Of a DNA stretch of 13,554 bases, positions 9,175-13,554 are shown one piece after another (position 1 is the first letter of the stretch; each line of letters opens with the position of its first letter). The stretch comes from an uncultured Nitrososphaerota archaeon (GTDB lineage Archaea > Asgardarchaeota > Njordarchaeia > Njordarchaeales > Panguiarchaeaceae). The position numbers were made by a program, and so were the translations under genes. Where the stretch lies: positions 1-13,554 of the forward strand of contig CAZWPQ010000047.1 in NCBI GenBank assembly GCA_964636085.1, in the 5' to 3' direction. Under the pieces are notes generated by a model that saw only the letters and a program-made list of their open reading frames with translations, had not been told where the DNA came from and ran no database searches.

Positions 9175-9419
9175 AGCTCTTCACCCTCAATGATTGTGCG
9201 TTTAAGTATCTCTATCGCCTCCCCCACAGAATATCCCTCCTCCAGCAACTGTTCCAACTTCATATCCATCAAACTAGAAACCATGTCCGCAAGTATCTCA
9301 AACTTCTCTTCTGGATTCAAGCTCTCCATTTCCCAGCTCAGCATCTTCTTGATGGTAGCCTCGACGATATCCTCAAACCTAAGTTGCTCATCATCCAATC
9401 TAACAGTAACCACCTCCAT
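9165..9419 (-). CDS. Small acidic helical protein, putative antitoxin (MenA1-like) with an RHH-like N-terminal strand
   Basis: 84 aa, directly upstream of and overlapping the NTase frame. LNPEEKFEILADM motif is typical of small partners of this NTase class; MEVVTVRLDDE resembles an RHH beta-strand. Confidence 0.7.
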   Translation of the reverse strand: MEVVTVRLDDEQLRFEDIVEATIKKMLSWEMESLNPEEKFEILADMVSSLMDMKLEQLLEEGYSVGEAIEILKRTIIEGEELFR

Positions 9420-9432
9420 ATAGTAGACATCC

Positions 9433-9452
9433 GTATCCTAGTTATAAGATAC
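9433..9452 (-). promoter_or_regulatory. TATA box inside an inverted repeat (GTATC-N10-GATAC); probable leaderless promoter/operator
   Basis: Minus-strand CTTATAAC (9441-9448) lies about 25 nt upstream of ATG 9419; IR arms at 9433-9437 and 9448-9452. Confidence 0.5.
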
Positions 9453-10051
9453 AAAATCAGAATTTTTAAGAAGCGAATTTGCCGCATCAAAACAACAACC
9501 ATAATATTAATTAAAAGAGAATATTTCTAGGAAAAATATCAATTCCTGAAAATATACAAAAATTTTTAGTGTAACTAGTGAATTAGAAAATCAGGATCTA
9601 GCAATAACTATAATTATCCAGACTTGTCCGATTTGAGTGATGACCTCTACTCTATGATAGCTTGAATATGCCCAGAAGGTAGGCTCGTAAATAAACTACT
9701 GGACAAAAAATATATTACATACACATGGAAACAGAGGTACCCCTATATACTGGAGTTAAGGGAACTCCTCAAAAATCCAGACCTAAGAAAGGAACCCAAT
9801 AGTTGTAACTGAGATATCCCATTCTCATACAGACTCTCATACCAGCGGGACGAGCCCTAGCGCACGCGTCTGAGGAGGCACATCAGGACCTTATAATTGA
9901 AGAACAACAATATGGTAAAAGATAAATTCGGTTATAAAGTTTCATAAGGAAGAGAGACACATACTTCCTCTAAATCAAAATTTCAAACTGAGAGGGACAG
10001 CACCCTCAATATCATGTACAGTTATTATAATGGTCAGATACTAACTGGAAC

Positions 10052-10057
10052 AAAAAA
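10052..10057 (-). terminator. Oligo-T terminator candidate
   Basis: T6 on the minus strand immediately after the TGA of the 803-aa gene. Confidence 0.4.
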
Positions 10058-12469
10058 TCAAGTAGAGGGGGCGGTCTTTCTCCTAATAAAGATCAATGCC
10101 ATAACCAACAAAGTAAGCAACGTAACCATTGTCAATGCATAGACAGGCAATTTCTCAACAACTGTCTGGGAGACAATAGAGGTATACGACACAGTAGAAA
10201 TACTAATCGTGGTCTCGGTAACAACAAAGGGCGAAGGAAAATCGCTGGGATCATTGGGATTTGTACCATAACTGACCTCAAGGCCATCATCAAAGCCATC
10301 ACCATCGGTATCGTTATTGTATGGGTCGGTACCATAACGAAACTCATCGCAATTGACAAGACCATCACCATCAACATCTAGAGAACCATCACTACAATTC
10401 ATGGGATCAAAACCATATAACACCTCCCAGCCGTCAGGAATACCATCGCCATCAGTATCCGCCAACAAGGGGTTAGTACTATGTTGCTGCTCCTCAAGAT
10501 TGGTTAGGCCGTCTCCATCCATATCCAAAAAGGCATCATTACTATCGGTTGGATCTAGGCTATACATTACTTCCCAGCCATCGGACAGACCATCGCCGTC
10601 TGTATCAGGATTTATGGGGTTTGTGCCGTGTTGGTATTCCTGCAGATTTATTAGGTTGTCTTCGTCAGGGTCTGTAGATGAGTCCCATGGATCCGTAGGG
10701 TTGAGGAAATACTCTATTTCCCAGCCATCGGGTAGGCCATCGCTATCGGTATCTCCGTTATTAGGATCTGTACCATATACTCCTAACTCCACTATATCGC
10801 TTATGTCGTCATAGTCTGAGTCTCCTATTTCATATTTCCATGTTGGTTCTATTAGAGGAAAACGATCATCTATATATGTTTCGTTTCCTATCCCATCTCC
10901 GTCTGGGTCGCTTCCCGCGTAGTTGTCCCAGTAGTTACCCAGGCGGTTGATGTATGTTTTGCCCTTGTATACATATGTTACATTTTTTTCCGTGTACCAT
11001 GTGTTGTTGGAGAAGCTATCTATGTGTTGTGGTGTATTATTTATGAAGTTGTTGAAGAATATCCTATTATTGCTTGATAACCCTAGGTATATTCCATAAT
11101 AGCTATTGTTCTGTATTGTATTGCCAAATATATTGTTGCTGTTCGAATCAATTAAATCTATTGCTTGTAATCCATTGTTTTGTATTATGTTGTAATAGAT
11201 GCTGTTGCCGCTCGAATCCTGGAGAAATACTCCACGCTCGGTGTTTCCCTGTATTGTATTACCATATATTTGATTTCCATGCGATTCTTGGAGATATACC
11301 CCGTAGTAGTTGTTTTGTATTATGCTGTTATGCACTTTTGATTGGTTTGTATCAAAAAACTCTATCGCTATTTCCACTCCGCTTATGTTTTGGTCTGTTA
11401 TTTCTATGTTTCTGCACCCAGCAAGTATTATTTGCCCAGTCTTCCAGTCGATTTTTTTGTTTTCCTGACTCTCCATATATACCAAAGGCTTCCCATTCAC
11501 CGTATTGTTCTCCACAGTGTTGTTATATGAGTAAATAAAAAATGCTCCATCACCGATAAAAACATTGTTGGAGATATTGTTGGCGTCAGAAAATCCAACA
11601 TATAATCCAAACAAGCTATTGTTCTGAATCAAGTTATCACATATACAATTGTCATTTGAATACGCTACAGCAACCCCTATAGAATTGTTTTGTATGGTGT
11701 TACTACATATGCTATTTCCGTTGGAATATCCAACAGCGATTCCACACTCCACGCAATCTTGGATCGTGTTGCCATATATATTACTGTTGTTTGAATTCGC
11801 TAGAGTAACTCCATCATAATTATGGCATATTTTTGTATTTTCTATTGTTACTACACTTGCGTTTATCCACAGTCCGGAGTGTTCCCCATCTACTCCCCAT
11901 TCATACCCCGCATAGCTTATTTCGCTACTGTCGATGCGCAGTTTTGCCCCACCGAACACATCTATATAATAGTTGTTGCTCGTGTTGTATGCTGTTACCA
12001 AGCTCTCCAACATTGTTAAGTTTCCATACACGCCAATCCAGTATTCCCCATCGTAGCTTAGATTCATATATATGCTTGTATTCTTCAATACTAGTGTTCC
12101 AGTCTCGTTTATTATTATGCTTCCATTAATTATTAGGACACTATCCTCAACAATAGTTGTATCGTTTATTTTCCAATCCCCCCTCTTCGGTGGTGGTGTA
12201 CCAATTATACTCTTCAGCTCTGCTTTTACTTCCCATGTGAAGCCTGGTCTCTTGTCCTCAGCCCCTGTCTCCCCCACCAAACTTAAAAGTGTTTCAATTC
12301 TTATGGTATTTATGTGTTGTTCTTTTAAAATCTGTTTTCCCAAACCTCTACATACCTTTTGATTTTGCTCCATTCCAATAGTTTGATTAATGCTTATACG
12401 CCATGTCTGGGTCACAGTAGCTAGGAAAAAGATCAAGACCAAAACTGAGGGAAAAGCATGCAGCTTCAT
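10058..12469 (-). CDS. Secreted, C-terminally membrane-anchored NosD/CASH right-handed beta-helix protein with TSP3-like Ca-binding repeats
   Basis: Signal peptide MKLHAFPSVLVLIFFLAT; PbH1 repeats (SxxNxIxxNxIQNN); NTVNGKPLVY and GNYWDNYAGSDPDGDGIG NosD-type motifs; DxDGDGLxDGWE repeats; S/T-rich linker; TM helix followed by RRK; many N-x-S/T sequons; SD GGTGA 6 nt before the ATG. Confidence 0.9.
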   Translation of the reverse strand: MKLHAFPSVLVLIFFLATVTQTWRISINQTIGMEQNQKVCRGLGKQILKEQHINTIRIETLLSLVGETGAEDKRPGFTWEVKAELKSIIGTPPPKRGDWKINDTTIVEDSVLIINGSIIINETGTLVLKNTSIYMNLSYDGEYWIGVYGNLTMLESLVTAYNTSNNYYIDVFGGAKLRIDSSEISYAGYEWGVDGEHSGLWINASVVTIENTKICHNYDGVTLANSNNSNIYGNTIQDCVECGIAVGYSNGNSICSNTIQNNSIGVAVAYSNDNCICDNLIQNNSLFGLYVGFSDANNISNNVFIGDGAFFIYSYNNTVENNTVNGKPLVYMESQENKKIDWKTGQIILAGCRNIEITDQNISGVEIAIEFFDTNQSKVHNSIIQNNYYGVYLQESHGNQIYGNTIQGNTERGVFLQDSSGNSIYYNIIQNNGLQAIDLIDSNSNNIFGNTIQNNSYYGIYLGLSSNNRIFFNNFINNTPQHIDSFSNNTWYTEKNVTYVYKGKTYINRLGNYWDNYAGSDPDGDGIGNETYIDDRFPLIEPTWKYEIGDSDYDDISDIVELGVYGTDPNNGDTDSDGLPDGWEIEYFLNPTDPWDSSTDPDEDNLINLQEYQHGTNPINPDTDGDGLSDGWEVMYSLDPTDSNDAFLDMDGDGLTNLEEQQHSTNPLLADTDGDGIPDGWEVLYGFDPMNCSDGSLDVDGDGLVNCDEFRYGTDPYNNDTDGDGFDDGLEVSYGTNPNDPSDFPSPFVVTETTISISTVSYTSIVSQTVVEKLPVYALTMVTLLTLLVMALIFIRRKTAPST
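10235..10822 (-). repeat. Eight tandem coding repeats of 22-27 aa (DxDxDG(L/I)xDxxE...T(N/D)P), TSP3-like
   Basis: Read directly from the translation; short and long units alternate. Confidence 0.85.
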
Positions 12470-12604
12470 CTCCCCTCACCAAAAACCACATAGTAGTTCT
12501 AAGCATAATACTATATTTTTTTAAAAAATGTTTCAGAAGTGTTTTTGTTTTGGAAAAAAACTTACGCTATAAAACTGTGATTTTCATTCCCTATATTAGT
12601 GGGG

Positions 12605-13048
12605 ATGTATTTGGAAGCAGGTAGCATTATTACCAGACTTAAAGGTTGCTTTGAAACGGCTAAGAATGTGTTATTTGCGATTCTATATGGCTCGGTGGCG
12701 AGGGGGGGATCTACGTCTGAAAGTGATATAGATGTCGCTATATACACAACTGACGAGGTGGGGGTGGATGAAAGAATTGAACTCATATATAGGATCGCCA
12801 AATGTATTGGTGTATCCGAGGACAAAGTAGATGTGGTTGTTCTTGGTGATTCAACACCACTAGAGCTTAGATATAAGATATTTAGGGATGGCATCCTCAT
12901 ATTTTCCCGCGATATAGAGTTCTATAGACGATACCGTGATGAGTCGATCTCCATGTATCTGGATCTTAAAGTAGCGCTTAGAGCCGCCAGATATGGTGAG
13001 ATATACATTAATAAGATCAAGGCTGATTTGTTTGGAACTGAAGGATAA
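12605..13048 (+). CDS. mntA: Minimal nucleotidyltransferase (MNT) antitoxin, type VII TA
   Basis: GS-X10-DxD (GSVARGGSTSESDID), KVDVVVL, IFRDGILI. Start is GTG 12599, ATG 12605 or TTG 12611. Confidence 0.92.
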   Translation: MYLEAGSIITRLKGCFETAKNVLFAILYGSVARGGSTSESDIDVAIYTTDEVGVDERIELIYRIAKCIGVSEDKVDVVVLGDSTPLELRYKIFRDGILIFSRDIEFYRRYRDESISMYLDLKVALRAARYGEIYINKIKADLFGTEG

Positions 13049-13460
13049 AATGGAATACATAAAAAGATGCATAGATCACCTCGACATATTAAGAAAAGAA
13101 TATGGAGCCAAGCAGATAATACATTCATTCCTCATGCTAACGTCAACACTCTATACTCTCCAAACAGCAATACAGGCTCTAATAGATATGGGTCTAAGAC
13201 TCCTAGCAGAGATGGGGCGAAAACCACCACAGCAATATAGCGATATAGGAAAGATGCTTAAGGACGACGGTATATTTACGGTAGATGACTCCACTTTATT
13301 CAGGAAGATGGTTGGTTTTAGAAACATTATGGTCCATAGATATCTAGGGGTGGATATGAAGCTTCTAGAGAAAATAATCAACGAGAAGCTCTACCGTGAT
13401 ATTTTAAGACTCGCAATAAAAATACTGGAGGCGGCCGAAAGCAAGGGTCTTGATCCATAA
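13032..13460 (+). CDS. hepT: HEPN (DUF86) ribonuclease toxin
   Basis: LQTAIQALID and FRNIMVHRY (RX4HXY, 13320-13343); adjacent to the MNT. Start more likely TTG 13032 or ATG 13050 than 12993. Confidence 0.92.
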   Translation: MELKDKMEYIKRCIDHLDILRKEYGAKQIIHSFLMLTSTLYTLQTAIQALIDMGLRLLAEMGRKPPQQYSDIGKMLKDDGIFTVDDSTLFRKMVGFRNIMVHRYLGVDMKLLEKIINEKLYRDILRLAIKILEAAESKGLDP

Positions 13461-13471
13461 CAAATAATCAT

Positions 13472-13489
13472 CCGTCCCTTTCGGGACGG
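13472..13489. other. Perfect GC-rich hairpin CCGTCCC-TTTC-GGGACGG (GAAA tetraloop on the minus strand)
   Basis: 7-bp perfect stem 11 nt after the HEPN stop, in AT-rich DNA. Confidence 0.7.
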
Positions 13490-13554
13490 CTCATACACGA
13501 ATGTTTGATTTCTAAGTGAGACCATTACAAACAAAATTTACAGCTATATAATAG

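Noticed and set aside
9637-9675. Box C/D sRNA starting at GTGATGA
   Set aside because: No properly spaced C' box and terminal CTGA D box.
8430-9765. ORB-like motifs (CCCCCTGTGGAA near 8433; CATGGAAACAGAGG near 9724) suggesting a replication origin
   Set aside because: Only partial matches, not repeated in a consistent arrangement, and no orc1/cdc6 gene in the window.
10235-10822. CRISPR-like periodicity
   Set aside because: Degenerate protein-coding repeats; no identical DNA repeats with unique spacers and no cas genes.
603-13381. Short antisense or alternate-frame ORFs in the track (e.g. 603-1139, 1932-2195, 4718-5014, 5866-6165, 10353-10814, 11074-11538, 12562-12900, 13151-13381)
   Set aside because: They overlap well-supported genes and have the Ser/Ile/Phe- or Cys-rich composition typical of shadow frames.
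3709-13554. Integrated mobile element or provirus
   Set aside because: No integrase, transposase, tRNA target or convincing terminal repeats in the window.

Overview
Archaeal accessory region; the assignment rests on GGTGA-type Shine-Dalgarno motifs, TATA-like boxes, oligo-T terminators and the protein families present. An Asgard-like or thermophilic lineage is plausible but only inferred. From left to right: a 5'-truncated vWA (MIDAS) protein and a coupled 763-aa helical hypothetical protein; an AbiE-type module in toxin-first order (- strand); a divergently transcribed and strongly divergent AbiEi-like wHTH plus AbiEii-like nucleotidyltransferase (NTase) pair; a decayed 3' half of a COG1373/DUF4143 ATPase-nuclease gene that the ORF track catches only in part; a MenA1/MenT1-like small protein plus NTase pair whose NTase seems to need a non-canonical start codon; a secreted, membrane-anchored NosD/CASH beta-helix protein with Ca-binding TSP3-like repeats; and an MNT-HEPN pair followed by a GC-rich hairpin. 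The main signal is four different Pol-beta-superfamily NTase two-gene modules within about 9.6 kb, with no integrase, transposase, tRNA or CRISPR array visible. Family calls come from motif recognition by eye, not from database searches.
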